Shown: positions 1 to 13,960, counted from the whole stretch's first letter. The stretch is DNA of 59,275 nt, filler included, from Dugesia japonica (GCA_001938525.1; 5 parts of 5 records of this genome joined end to end with filler, not necessarily neighbours in it); one strand, 5' to 3'. Numbers and translations are program-made. The notes: generated from the letters alone by a model not told the origin.

Positions 1-556
1 TAATTGAACACAACATTAGCTCCAGGATCTGCAGTTCTGCATTGTACAGTTGATTTAGCTGCAGCGCCAAAACCCAAAGGTAAATCTTTGAGATTGTAAA
101 CGACAACTCCGGCGTATTGAGGAACTTCGTCGGACATTTTGCTGAGATCCATTTTTCGAATATGATTACCACGAGTGAACAAGTCTTCCGCTCCATCTTT
201 TACCCAGACTTTGTGTTTACAATAAACTGACAAATAATCCAAAGCAGTGATGAACAATTTAAATTGTAATTTATGCTCCTTTGATGTAAATTTGCCAAAA
301 CAAACTCCGCATATTATAATTTCTTTTCGAACAAAGCTTTGGGCTTGTTTAGCAATCATTTCCCTGATATAAAGAAGTTTCTTGTTATGATATCTAAATA
401 CATATTTATCGTCTTCTCTATTCAACAGTTTATCGATATTTTCTTGTCCTATACTAAAAAATAATAAAATATGATGAATTAAATTTAAAAAAGCATTTAC
501 AATTTTGATAATTTTTCATATACACATTCTCGTTCTTTTTCATTTAAATCACGCAT
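1..556 (-). CDS. NIP7: 60S ribosome biogenesis protein NIP7 (exon 1 556-501, 47-nt intron 500-454, exon 2 453-<1; 3' end outside window)
   Basis: Manual spliced translation MRDLNEKERECVYEKLSKFIGQENIDKLLNREDDKYVFRYHNKK...CFGKFT..FKLFITALDYLSVYCKHKVWVKDGAEDLFTRGNHIRK...QYAGVVVYNLKDLPLGFGAAAKSTVQCRTADP matches the NIP7 pre-PUA/PUA pattern. The GT..AG intron keeps the frame. Confidence 0.95.
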
Positions 557-978
557 TATAAAAACTTTAAATAAAAATTACTAAATATTTAAACAACGTT
601 TTGCTAAAAAGAGAATAATTTTTTGTAAGGAATCTAATTATAATAAGCAAGCATTATTATTTGGTGATTCCTTTCACATAATTCATTAAAAACTAAAAAT
701 AAGACTTATTTTGGTATTGAGAATTTTTTTTTATATTTTCAAGATCAAGAAAAAATGTAAATTCAAGGGACATAGTCACAAATGTTGCATTAAAATTAAA
801 ATTAATGTAACCTATGTAAATTAATAAAAATGCTTCGATCAAAATGTTGATTTTTGTTGTTATTAATTCGAATTGGCAACAGTTGTCTTCTACAGGAATT
901 AACTTTAAATTAACTTGTGTGGTTTTGAAAAATGTAAATCCAATTAAAATTTAAATAACGAATTAAATTCAACTTTGA

Positions 979-1239
979 AGAATAGTCCAAGTGATTTAAA
1001 TCTTGAAAGGCAAAATTTGGAAATAAAACTTTGTAGAAGTATATGAGATAAATACTTTTAAATTGAAATTATAAAAAAATTGGACATTTTTATTTCGAAA
1101 TTGAATAGCAACTGTTGAGTTTCCAGTTGCAAGCCACTTCTTATCTATTACCTTAGATCACTGTCAGATAACTAGAAGAGTTCATTTTAATTCACCAGTA
1201 CTTAACTGTATATCCCTTACTCAACTTCAAAGAACCCTC
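979..1239 (+). CDS. Possible small exons of a host gene divergent from NIP7 (perhaps upstream part of the CCDC142-like gene)
   Basis: Two stop-free segments (NSPSDLNLERQNLEIKLCR / TVEFPVASHFLSITLDHCQITRRVHFNSPVLNCISLTQLQRTL) can be joined through a GT..AG intron. No recognisable motif. Confidence 0.25.
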
Positions 1240-1849
1240 GTGATTTTGCAATGAAAATTACCTTTTAGTATTTCTTGAGTGGCGGTCTTATAAAATTTAC
1301 CCTTTTAAAATTTAAAACTTAAATTAACAATAATTGATATCGGAAATGGCCTAACTTTGTCTCATATTTTGCGCAAAATCAAGACAAGCATTCACTGATT
1401 TAGTATTTTTATTTCGATTATTTTGTATTTTCTGTATGTTTTTTATCTTTCTTTTGTTCTTCTGAAAATGATATACTGTTTATGCCTTTGTTAATATTGC
1501 CACAAGTTTCATGGTATCGTCTTTTTATGTTAGGGATATACGCAAAAATGAGTCCGCATTTTTATTAGCTTTTCTTGGTTTTTACTTGATTTTATGTTCA
1601 TATCTCGTATTTCCATGGTCCATTTTAATATTCTACTTGAGGTATCATTAATTTTTCATAAACTTTTTAGTAGTTAATAATCTGTTCGTAAACTACTGTT
1701 CCATAAATAAATTATTGAAATTGTTTAATTGCATATATTATTGAGTAACATTCTTTTTCTATTGTCGAGTTCCTCGTTTCAATTTATTTTTAATTCAGCT
1801 TCAATCGCTCTTTAATTTAAAAGATCTCCGTCAAAATCAGAATTCCTCA

Positions 1850-4380
1850 GACATGTAACTTTGAAACGACCCAAGAGGTAAGAAGAAATTTAGATAATAT
1901 CAAAACAGAAACATGAAACCCGGTCATATGAAGGAACATCAAATGCCTCGAGTTAAGAAAATAATGTGATAATGAAATGATAATCAATATAAATTTTAGG
2001 AGAACAGAGAAAATAGAAACAAAAATGAAGATTATGGTAGTTATCCGCAAAATTAATTTTTAAGAGAGTACAATAATACAGTGGATAACAATAAACAAAA
2101 CCGAGTAATAGTTAAAGATGAGGATTCTTTGGATGATCANNNNNNNNNNNNNNNNNNNNNNNNNNNNNNNNNNNNNNNNNNNNNNNNNNNNNNNNNNNNN
2201 NNNNNNNNNNNNNNNAAAATGAGGGATTTCTGCTGTCACAAATTATTCATATTATAAAAGATGTAGTGATAATACATATTATATAAGTAAATTTGATAAC
2301 AATAATATTAATAATAAATTATGTTGGGTCAATTATTTCTGGATACAACTCAAATCAAGTCAAATAAGCTTCACGCATGAATTATTAATAATATTGTTTG
2401 TTCTATATCACCTTTAACCATCGGATATTGATCGATCTGTTTTCCTTCATCATGTTTGAATAATTTCATTTGCGAGTTGAATATCGAATATGTATATCGA
2501 CTATGTATGTATATCTAATTGTTATTTATATTATTTTCCATGATAAAAGTGTTTTGATAGATAAAAATAGAATATTAACTTCGGAATTAGAAATGATGGA
2601 TAAAAGTATTGAAAGAAACAGTGATGAGATACTTGAGGAAAATTATGATATTTTATAAAATTTTGATAACTGGAATGATCGTTAAAAAATTAAAAAGAAT
2701 ATAAATACAAATGTTCCTATAATGACAGTAGACGAAATGAAGGAAGAAGCAGAAATTGTTTATAACATTATGGAGGGAAGACCTGGTTTAAAAATAAGAT
2801 TCAATCAGATTTGGTCAGATTTTTTATTGATACAGGAGCTAGAGTAAATGTTATTGGTGATAAAATACTTAAAAATATAGTGGATGTAAAAATTAAAATG
2901 ACAAATGAGAGATTAAGAGCTGCAAATGACAGTATTATTAAAACTTTAGGAAAGGCAATATTGAAAACTGAAATTAATGGTTGACCAAATGGATTGAACT
3001 TATTGTGTTATCGGTGAGATTGATTTACGAAATAAATTTAACATTAAGTTTAAAATAGAACCGGTAAATAAAGAACAAATTAATTATCAAGTATGCGAAA
3101 TTATTGCAAATATTGGTAAGGAAGTAACTGACGAGCAAATATTTGAGAAGGCTATAAAAACTTTTAAAATAAATAAAAATTCTTAATTACATAGTATAAT
3201 AAGTAAAAACAAGGCAGCTTTCATGGTCGACGCGTGAGATATTGAATGTACAAATTTGTTAAAACATTCAATATTAATGGAAGGATGTCTAAGTGTAATG
3301 AAACTTAGAGACCAAAATGTCAATTTGGAAAATAAAACCAACGATACTATTCAAAATTTATATGAAAATAATATTCTCAGGAAATGTAATTCACCTTGGA
3401 ATACACCATTAGTGTGTGTATGGAAGAAAGGTAAAACAGATTTTAGATTGATTTTAGATTTTAGACAGCAAAATGAAATAACTGTTAGACTAGCTTTCCT
3501 GATACCAAGTGTGTAAGAATGGTTGGACACTTTACATTATAGACGTTATTTAATTCAATTGACCATAGAAATGCGTATTATCAAGTGGAATTGGATGAAA
3601 AATCACAAAGAAAAGACAGCATTTTCAACATAATTAGGACAATTTTGTTTTACAAGAATGTCATTTGGTATTGTTACTGCTCCAGGAACGTTTCAAGATA
3701 TTATGAATAAAGTATTAATCGGGATAAATGGTGTCAAAACCTTGGTTTCTTTGCACGATATCTTAGTTTTTTCTAATTCCTTGGAACAGCACATAATTCG
3801 TTTAAATAATGTGTTAAGNAGAATAAAAAACTGTAGATATAAGAATTCGTCCAGAAAAATGTTCGTTATTTAAAAAAGAAGTTAAATTTCTTGGACATAT
3901 TATTACAAGTGAAGGAATACAAACAAGTGAAAATAAAATTGATGCAATAAGTAAATTTGAAAGTTCGAAATGTATTAAGAGTTTGATAAGTTTCTTAGGA
4001 TTATTTAATTATGATCAAAAATTTATAAATAAACACTCAGAAAAGGCTAGAATTTTAGAGGCATTGTGTGTTAAAAGTAATGAAAAGTTTATTTGGTCTG
4101 ATCAGTGTGATGAGTCGTTTAATCAATTAAAATTGCTTTTCAGAAAACTCCAGTGTTAGCATATTCTGATTTAAACAAAGTTTTTATTTTGGACACGGAT
4201 ACTAGCTTTGAAGCAATTGGAACAATACTCTCACAATTAGATGAAAATGGAAACTAAAAAGTTATTGATTATGGATCACATGCAATTATTTTACACGAAA
4301 GATGTTATGTTATTACACGCAAGTAACGGTTAAAAACAAAGACCAATTAATGTGAAAAGAAAAAAGACGCATCAACTTTG
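1850..4380 (+). mobile_element. Decayed Ty3/Gypsy LTR retrotransposon (gag remnant, protease, RT, RNase H)
   Basis: LDTGARVNV protease motif near 2825; RT motifs SPWNTPLVCVWKK, LDFR, MSFG..APGTFQ, HDILVFS; RNase H ILDTD.SFEAIG.ILSQ and YGSHA. Many stops and frameshifts. Confidence 0.92.
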
Positions 4381-4429
4381 GTTCAGATAATGGAAAAATG
4401 ATGGAGTAATAGAGCCAAAAGAAAGAAAT

Positions 4430-7400
4430 ATGATTTTGTTAATTTGTAGAGTTAAAAACCCTTGGATTGATCTATTATACCGAGAACATATTTTTTCGAC
4501 ATCTTGTCTCCTGTAGTGGTCCACACACATCTATAAATGACAGTTCAAACATTTTCGCTGGCTACGTATTTTTCGTTTCTTCCTTCGTTTTTGTTGTCAA
4601 TAATTTTGCTTTCTATCATTTTATATAACTTATACAACCTCTTGTACTTTGCTCCACAAATGTTTCGTGTTATATTTATGCTTCATATGCACTGCTACCT
4701 TTTCTGCTACAAAAAGATATTGTATCCTCATTATAACCTCTTCTACTTTATCATCAGGTATCCATGTTCCTTCATAATTCTCACTAAAATTGCTTTGTTT
4801 TTCTTGAATATCTACTGTATTCAACATCTTCGTGTTACATTTTCCCCTTTTGAGATTTTTAAGTGACATTAGACATTGTGCACATGTATTGCATCTACTC
4901 CTTGACAACATATCCGCATTTGTATGAAGCGATCCTTTTCTTTGTTCCAATTTTATATCAAAACGGCTCAAATGATTAATCCAGGTTTGAAACTGTGATT
5001 TAATCGGTATTTTGGTATTTAGCATAAAAGTGATAGCTTTACGGTCGGTTATGGGGATAAATCTCTTATCATATAAATAATTCTTGAAATGCGAGTAAAT
5101 TGCGAGTAGATTTTTTCCGCGTAGTACAATATCTTTTCTCATGACTCGTCATTGCGTGTGATCCATATGCAATAACTCGTTCTTGTCCGTTATTGTCCAT
5201 TTGAGATAGTACTGCCCCAATCGTATCGAAACTCGCATCCGTGTACAAAATAAATCCTCTAATATTGAAGAACATAATATTGGAGACATCATTAGTGCTT
5301 CTTTCATTCCATTAAAAACTTCTTCTAATTTGTTTGCCAATTTAATCTTCTTGTTACTCAATCCACTACACTTATATTCCAGCAATTTGGCTTTTTTCGA
5401 ATAATCTTTAATAATCTCGCGATTGTAACTGTAAATTCCTAAAACGCTTCTCAGCTTCTTAACGCATTTTGGTTTACTAAAGTTCTAAATTGCTTCTATC
5501 TTAGTTGGACCTGTATTGACACCTACTTTACTGATAATGTGTTCCAAAGATTTTNNNNNNNNNNNNNNNNNNNNNNNNNNNNNNNNNNNNNNNNNNNNNN
5601 NNNNNNNNNNNNNNNNNNNNNNNNNNNNNNNNNNNNNNNNNNNNNNNNNNNNNNNNNNNNNNNNNNNNNNNNNNNNNNNNNNNNNNNNNNNNNNNNNNNN
5701 NNNNNNNNNNNNNNNNNNNTTATTCATAATTTCCTGGAACGTACCTGGTGCTGCTGCAATTCCAAAAGGCATTCTATTGAAACAAAATTGCCCTGTTTTG
5801 GTCGAAAAAGCCGTCTTCTCTTGAGAATCTTCTCTGAGGTCCACTTGATATTATGTATTTCCGAAGTCTATTGAGCTAGAATATTGTGTATCTTCGAAAA
5901 CATTCAGCATTTCGTCCACATTTTGTATAGGAAAAGCTTGTATTTTTGTTATTTCATTGATCTGTCTTTAGTCTAAGCATAATCGTATATACTTTTTTTC
6001 CTTTTTTAAAACAGAGATTAATGGCGTATTTTATTGAGAACTACATTTCCGGATGATACCGTTATCATATAGGTTCTTGATGGTCTTTTCAATCTTTTCT
6101 TCTAAATTCATTGGTTGACGATACGGTTTTATGTTGATTGAACTTTCTTTAGTGATTTTTCAATGCTTCATTAAGTGTGTACATCCAATGTCCTATTTAT
6201 CCGCCAAAATAAGTCCTCATTATTCTGAATAACCGCAGTCAATCTATGATCTTTGTTAATTTCTAGAATCTCCATTGCATATCTTGATCGTTTACCCTTC
6301 CGTATCTGCCTTCTAAATTTTGCCACAATGTTGCAAACAAATTTTTCTCGATAATTATTGATGTATACCCTTCACTTTTTATGAAGATGATACCCAAAAG
6401 TATTCTGAAATTCTACTCCACCAATTAGATCTGGTATTAGCTTTTCTACTATTATAAATGTTACTTCCCTGTACACCTCTGACACTCCAACTTCGACACT
6501 TATCTTTCCAATTGTCTCCAATGAGTTGTTATTCGCTCAATGCAATTTTTCCTCGCTTTTCTCTAACATTGTTTCTCCGAGTCTACTAAATCCTTTCATA
6601 CTCATTACACTTATTCTTTCTCATGTATCTAACAAACAATCAAACTCTTCACTCTTGATCATCACTAAAATGCTAGGTCTCCCTTGCATTTTATCATACG
6701 AAATTTCTGCATTCTGTTTCTCTTCAACTGTTCCTATCACTTCTGCTTTGTTAATTTCAGTATCATTGAAACTTTCTCTTTTTTAGAAATCTGTTAACCT
6801 TTTCTCCATTTTTGCTCATCTCATTCTATTTCTCGGCCTTCTGAGGATATTCAAACGGTATCTTGTTTAATGAATGGCTCCAACCAACTCCTCTATTCAT
6901 GGAGCCTTTTGGGTATGCCTTAAATGCCCTTTCCTGTGACAAGTCCAACATTCTACATGAAAATTTATTGGACACTCTCTTTTTGTATGCTTATAACTCT
7001 GGCATGTCCAACACTATGGTTCTGTTCTTTTTGTAACTTTTTCGATATTTTGTTTCCTCTCTCCGAAACGTTATTTACGTGTTACACTTACGTAACTCTT
7101 TACATTAATATGTTCTATTCTTTCTAGTTTTTCAACCAAAGATTGCGTTTCTTTTATATCTTCTACTTTTTCCAATTTTTGCATGATAATCTCTTCTTCG
7201 ACATTTTTTTACCATTTGCACAAATTATTAGCATTTTTGATAAGAGGTTTTCTTTCGCCAGCTCCCCATTTGCCAAATCTTCCACTTTTTATAAAAACAC
7301 CTCAAGTTCTTCATCAACTCGTCGATAGCTTACAAGATTCTGTATTATTCTTTTTATTATTTATCTCTTGCTCTAAAAAGCTAATCGCTATCTCTCTCGA

Positions 7401-8200
7401 TATCCATCCGCTTTCTTCAATGTCTCCACATATGCTTCCATTAAATCTTCGTGAAGCATACATATTACTCAACGTTTCTGATCTTTCTTAACAACGATGT
7501 TCTTTGCCTCAAAGTATATTTCACACAGTTTGATAAACTTCTCTAGATCATCGCCTCTGCAAAATATTTCTGGCAACAATCTTTCTGGGATCGCATCGGT
7601 GTTTACCGCTGCCACCATGTTATATGAGATTGGAAAACTCATCGGATTATCAACATCAAAACTCGAATTCATTACAAAATTTATACAAATAAAAACTCTG
7701 ACCATCATTTTTTGTTTATTCAAACAAATTAAAACTTCATGCTCTTATCGGAAATTATTTTTCACAAATTTAAAATTTAGATTTAAAACTTGATTTAAAT
7801 TAATTGGAAAATTTACAGAGTACAATTATTTTTTAATAACACATCCTTTAATAACACAAAACTTTAAAACCAGAATGACCATTTGTTAATAAAAATTTTC
7901 ATAAAATTTTAAAACAAAAAATGATCATTTGTTAATAAGATATCCTTTAAAATTTTCAAAAAACCTTTCATAAAATTTTCAAAACAAAATCACTTGCTAT
8001 TAAATTATCATTTTAAAATCTTCTGAACTTTCAAAACAAAATTGTCAATTCCAAAAATTTTAATTTATTTTAATTTCTTAATTAATTTGTAATAATAATT
8101 TTTTTTAAAAAGATTTTTAAAAACACCAATCCACGAAAAATAAATGAACTAAGGCCTTAAAAGTAGGCCTTCGACAAGTAGCCAGCCAGCAATTTTTACA
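4430..8200 (-). mobile_element. Decayed Ty3/Gypsy element, same family, convergent with the previous copy (gag-PR-RT-RH-INT start)
   Basis: gag ~7640-6800 with degenerate CCHC knuckles; CLLDT protease ~6640; KTAFSTKTGQFCFNRMPFGIAAAPGTFQ; TDASFDTIGAVLSQ; HTNADMLSRSRCNTCAQC; integrase start DVCGPL ~4530. Confidence 0.93.
8177..8188 (-). promoter_or_regulatory. Candidate primer-binding site of the Gypsy element (TGGCTGGCTACT)
   Basis: TGG-initiated GC-rich motif about 0.5 kb upstream of gag. Near-identical TGGCTGGCGACA lies at the equivalent position (13954-13943) of the related element. Confidence 0.45.
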
Positions 8201-8999
8201 AATTAATTTCTGAAGAAAATAGAAAGTAAAATAAAAACGGAATCGAAAGAAATGAAAGAAAGTAACAATAAAATAATTAAAAATAGTAATAAAATTAATA
8301 ACGGACCACCATAATCAAGAATAACCATGGAATCTAATGAAATGCATTTAAATATAATAAAAAATAATATCGGAAAATAAGCTAGAAAATTAATTAATCA
8401 AAATCTGAAAAAAGGGGATGAATTTTTATCCAACCATCAGAAATGGCCGAGGAAAAAAACCAGCAGATAATAACTTAAAAAAACTATTTTCTGTAATTAA
8501 AAAAGGTTATCATCTTTGGAAGGCTTGTAAAAAGGGTTTAAAGATTGGGCCAATGAAAGGCCATAGAATAAAATAGAAAAAGAATATACCTTAGCTTCTC
8601 CTGAAATAGGATCATTTACTTAACATTCTATCTTGGTAATTTGTCCTTTCTTTAATGATGCTTTATTATTTTAGTTTCTTTGAGATAATCTAATGTCTGC
8701 CATTCTNAAGGACATGCTGAAATTTATAAGGCAAAAAAGGGAGAGGTCTCGGTAAAAGCATTAAATTGGCTACATCCTGGCGCCAGATCGGGTTTTGTCT
8801 CCTGATGAAACTGATCTGCGATGATTCATAGAGATGTTCCCACTCGGATCTGAGGTAGATTTAGACTGGGGTTCATAATCAAAAAGCTCAATTACAATTA
8901 GGGTGTGTACTAAATAAATCATTAGTGAAACATGACCTTATTTTTCTGCGAAATAATGTTGATTTTCATTTATTAATTATTGAATGTTTTTTCCACACC

Positions 9000-10550
9000 T
9001 GTTTTATAAATTGTAATTCATATTTTCAGTGATCGAATATCGATGGTGCTTAGCCTTAGATAAAAGTGTTAATTCGGTAGTATTCCAAGACCAACGTAAT
9101 CCGCATAACTGTTGTGCCAGTATCCGAGTGACCGTACGAATGTGTCTCTCGTGAAAGCTGCCAAAGGTGGCCTACCGAAAGATCGGAAGAGGACGAGAAT
9201 GCGTTTTCCTCATCCTCGCCTACTACGTCTGAGATGTATAATTTTATTGATGATTATTTGTGGAGTATTAAAGGCTTCAGTAGTCCCACTTTATGCCACA
9301 CATTTAATTATCGTTAATAAACCTTTGTCTTTGGTGTCAGTCTAAGTTTTGAATTATTAATTATTGCCTTGTATTAAATAAATTAAATATTTCTAGTCAT
9401 TATAACTTGGGTTGAGGCTTTGTAAGCATTTTTGTTTATCAACTCATTTTTGTTTCAAATTGCAGTCACTAATAATTTTTTATCTATATTCAGTGAGTGG
9501 CTCACACAATCGATCCACTGCTCTTACCAAAAACGTGCGTGAAAATAGCGAAGACATTGACATATCCTGGAAATTATACAAATTAGCGAAGAGGAAATGA
9601 GAGGCAAACGTTGCAACTGCCCATGCCAAAGTTAAGCAGTATAAACACAAATGTCGCGAATACCGACTAGAAGCAAAAGCTATTCATTTGCAAGAGAGGC
9701 CTTGGAAATGCCAGTTAGAAAGTTTCGCCAACATAATTAAAGCAAAACATGTGAGGGAGAGTAAACTAGTGAACGAAATTTTGGATCTGCGCAAGCTCAT
9801 TCCAGTAGAATCTCAAATACTTAACAAGTTCACCCAAACTCGTAACTAAAATTATGTCTTGGGATTAAAATAAATCTTATTGTTAATTTTTGTTGTTGTT
9901 TTATCAAATAATTCTATCTGTCTGACTTGATTTTCAATTGATAATCTTGTATTTTAGTGCCAAGGATAAGACATCCTACTAGCCTACGCAAGTTTCATAA
10001 GGTCATCCAAAAATTGCAAGTCAAACGTCATCATTTTTAGGAGAGGCAAACGTTCGTTACTCCGTCATCTAACCCAAAGGAATAGACTTATCAACAAGCT
10101 TGAGATCATAAATAAGAAACAAGATGGACTCGCCATGNGCACCAAAAACATCCTGGCCAACAAGATAAACTTTATTAAATAATACATAGCGGATTTCTCA
10201 GCCAGGCTAGAAATAGAAAGCTGGACGCCGTGAAATAGCGAAGACGAAGAGGCGGCGTTTGACTTTACTGACGACGCGCACGTCGAATGGCTCAATCCAG
10301 GAGCCTTTGATTAATGATAAATCAATTTTTCTAATTTTCGACTTGTCTTTGTTTTCATGAGTTGAGGGGAATTGTGAACCCGAATCAAAGGTGTACTAGC
10401 ATGAATTCCAAATAAGCGTTTGGAGTCAACGGCTCTGTACTGAAAATCTAAATAAGGACTTGAGGTAAATTCTTCATGGGGTCCACCGAGGACTGTCATT
10501 TATTCCAGCCATATTTTTTATCCGACCCACAACTCAGGTGGAACCTTAAA
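9000..10550 (+). mobile_element. Unclassified repeat element carrying decayed coiled-coil genes and a conserved end motif
   Basis: 9975-10314 translates (with frameshift and stops) to a homolog of ORF 44409-44897. Downstream motif CCAGCCA..TTTTTT..CAACTCAGGTGG is shared with 44313-44365 (minus). Confidence 0.6.
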
Positions 10551-10609
10551 ATTATTATTATTATTNNNNNNNNNNNNNNNNNNNNNNNNNNNNNNNNNNN
10601 NNNNNNNNN

Positions 10610-10621
10610 TTAATTAATTAA
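10610..10621. other. Artificial contig-joining linker TTAATTAATTAA inside an N-gap (also 19039-19050, 27835-27846, 38790-38801)
   Basis: Identical 12-mer with stops in all six frames, centred between equal N-runs four times. Confidence 0.95.
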
Positions 10622-10665
10622 NNNNNNNNNNNNNNNNNNNNNNNNNNNNNNNNNNNNNNNNNNNN

Positions 10666-13600
10666 TGTTCAATTTCTTCTACTTTACTTTGCCATTTATA
10701 TGTATCTGGATCTGATATACCATTAATTGTTCTTGTCTTTATTTTTCCTTCCTTTCATGTTCTGGTAAGCATTGTCCACACGTACCACAATTCATTCTCG
10801 ACAGCATATCTGAATTCATGTGTTTCGCACCTTTTCTAAATTCCTAAACCATATCTAGTCTACTAAGAAAATTCATCCAAGTCTGAAATTGCGGAATAAT
10901 TGGCTTGTTTGTCTTTTTCATAAATGCTATCACCTTGTGATCTGTTCTCACCAAAAACCTTTTTCCATACAAATAATGTTTAAAATGTTTACATAAATAG
11001 TAAATGGCCAATAATTCCTTTCTTGTTATACAATGTCCTCTTTCATGAGCTGACATCTATATTAATTGCATATTCCCAAAAAGCTTCTCAAGTTCTTCAC
11101 ACATTTAGGTCTTCCGAAATTTTTNNNNNNNNNNNNNNNNNNNNGATCAGTTCGGACTCCATTCTTGTCTATGAAGTATCCTAAAGATTTTACTTCTGCT
11201 CGCAATAAATGATATTTTTCTGGATTAATTTTCAATCCTGATTCTTGAATTCTTTTAAAAACTTGGTCTAAAATTCTATAGTGCTGCTCTAAATTTTCTG
11301 AAAATATCAATATATCGTCCATTGCTCCTGTCAATCTTCTTAATACTTTTGTCATTAATTCTTGAAACGTTCCAGGTGCTGCAGCTATACCGAAAGGCAT
11401 TCTTGTTAAACAATACTGTCCATTATTCGTAGAGAATGTTGTTTTCTATTATGAATCTTTATGTAACGGAGCTTGATAATATGCATTACCCAAATCTATA
11501 GTTCTAAAATATCTTGCACTACTCAAATTGTCTAGTATTTCCTCTACATTGGGCATCAAAAAGGCCTGTCTTTCTGTGATTGCATCCAGTTTTCTAAAAT
11601 CTAGACATAATCTAACGTCTTTCCTTTCTTTTTTCCAAACACATATTAACGGAGAGTTCCATTGCGAATTACACTTTCTAATTATGCCATTGTCAAACAA
11701 ATTCTTGATAGTTTCATTGATCTTATTCTCTAAATGCTCCATGGTTGCGTATTTATTGGTTCTCCATTTGTGATTATTTGATGTTCTGCCATTGTTGTTC
11801 TGCCGATATCCCTGTTGTCTGCCATAAATATTTCTTATAACTTTCTCCAAATTCTCGTTTGGGTTGTTAATCAATATTTTTATTGCTCTCTGCACTCTCT
11901 CTCCATTCGTTGTACTGTGTCCATACTTTGCTTCTATATTACAAACATACATTTCATTGTCCTCACATTTAGTCTCAGCAGTTGGAATCCAAATTGTTTC
12001 TGTAATTCTCTTCCTCCAATTAGATCTGGATGTATCTGTTTCACGACAATGAATTTGTTTTATTCTCGAATTTTACTTCTATCTTTATCGTATCTACTCT
12101 TTCGAGCGGACTTTTATTGGCAAATCTTAAATTGTCTTCGCTTTTTAATATATTGGCTTTTCCCAATCTTTCCAAAATTCTCAAACTCATCAGTTTCACT
12201 CTTGCTCCAGTGTCTAACAAGCAATCAACTTTTAAGCCTTGTATTTCAACCGTTATACTTGGTCCTCCTTGCATTTTGTCATAACTTATCTCTTGTTGCT
12301 TTATCGTCAGAATTTCACTGTCATCTTCTCCATTTATATCATTGACCCTCTCTGGTTGGTCTCTAATCGATTCTTACTTTACAAACTTGTAAACTTTTTC
12401 TTTTACATCATTGCACTTTTCTACTCGTTTAGCTTCGTTTCTTTTATCGTTATTTATACTACTTTTACTATAATTAACAATACTGCGATTTTTTGGGATA
12501 CTTAATTCAACGTTCCGACAAACTTAACTTCGGTTAGAGCTTACCCATTTGGGTATTCGTCTTTATAAGTATTTGATCCTTCATTACAATAGTGGCCTTT
12601 ATCTTCTTTACATACACAATCTTTTCCATTTTCCTCAATTAAATTAACTTGACTTCCACTCATTTTTGTGTAGGTATTCGTATTGTTCGAATAATATCTT
12701 TGGTTGTCATTTCCGAATACTTTTCTGGTCTGTTCACTTTTATTCTGATAACTAAACTGTCTGTTCATATTTGTATAACAGTTCTCTGTGTGGTGAAATT
12801 TCTTGTTGCATCTTTAACGGCTAACTTTGGTACAGTCTCTTAAGTGCTGTTCAGTTCAACAAGCATAACACTTTTTTTTCTTTCTTGGCAATTTCTGCTT
12901 ACATGACCTATTTTGTTACAGGTCCAACACGTTATTTCNCGTCTTTCGTTGTTTCTGTTCTGTTGCATTCCTACATTTCGACTCCTGTTGAAATTTATTT
13001 GTTCTGAATTTCGGCGAACTGCATCTCTGTAGTTACGAACTACATTTATTTCTTCAGTGTTTACTTCGTCTTGTATGTCTTCCCACTCTTTTATTGTTTT
13101 AAATACATCGTCTACTTTTTCTATTTTTCCTGATTTCATTTTATGTTTAATCTTTCTGTCGTTGCATCTATTCATTATTAGCTCTTTTGTTAAGTCCTCT
13201 TTGTTCAATTTATGAACCATTAACTTTTCTACCAATCCTTCAATATTCTTCTTATAGATATTTATATGTTCTCCATTCCTTCGATAATTTAGAGCTTCCT
13301 CCAAATTAGAGGTTTCATTTGCTGTATTTTCTAATCTATGTAATTGACATTTTAAGCTGTAAATGGAAGCTTATTTGTTCAGTTAGAAACTTTTGAATCC
13401 GGCGGGATGTAGCTCGGACCTTTGTTAAGTGAATGTTTGTTTAGTAAGATTTTTGAAAGGAAGAACAGTTGTACAAGAGCTTTGATTTCAATTTATTTTG
13501 ATTTTGTCTTTAGATTTAGATTTTTCAGTAAGTAGAATTTTCATTTTCTTTTGTTTATTGCGAGAACTTATTTGTTATATTTGTTAAACGTTTCTTGATC

Positions 13601-13960
13601 TACTATATTAGGAGGAAAATTTAGAGGTTTATTTTATAAACGGTCTTCCTTTCATTGTTGTTTTGTGATCTTTAGGAACACAGTACCTCGAGGTTGGAAC
13701 TGGTTCATGATATTTAACTGTTGTTAGGTAAATCTTAATGAATTTAACTGTATAGTTTCTTACGACAACAAGTCATCCCCTGAAAACTTTGTCGTTTAGA
13801 AAATTCTTCGGATTGGCGGCAATTAAAGGTGTTCTCAAGTTTGTTTTGAATTCTTATTAATTCCCTTCTTTTACATACGCTTAAGAATTTAATGTGATTT
13901 TGAATTTTTAACCATTGACTAAATCAAAAAGTCTATGGTTGATGTCGCCAGCCATAATTA
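10666..13960 (-). mobile_element. Decayed Ty3/Gypsy element, third member of the same family
   Basis: gag with CWTCNKIGHVSRNC (12840-13304); CLLDTGARV; RT SQWNSPLICVWKK, LCLDFRKL, MPFGIAAAPGTFQ, DDILIF; RNase H with internal deletion, CITRKELLAIY. Confidence 0.93.

Noticed and set aside
8780-8860. Hammerhead ribozyme or C/D snoRNA (CTGATGA...CTGA)
   Set aside because: No GAAA core after a stem II, and no convincing terminal stem or rRNA guide.
4537-12843. Numerous plus-strand hydrophobic ORFs
   Set aside because: Antisense shadows of A-rich minus-strand Gypsy coding sequence.
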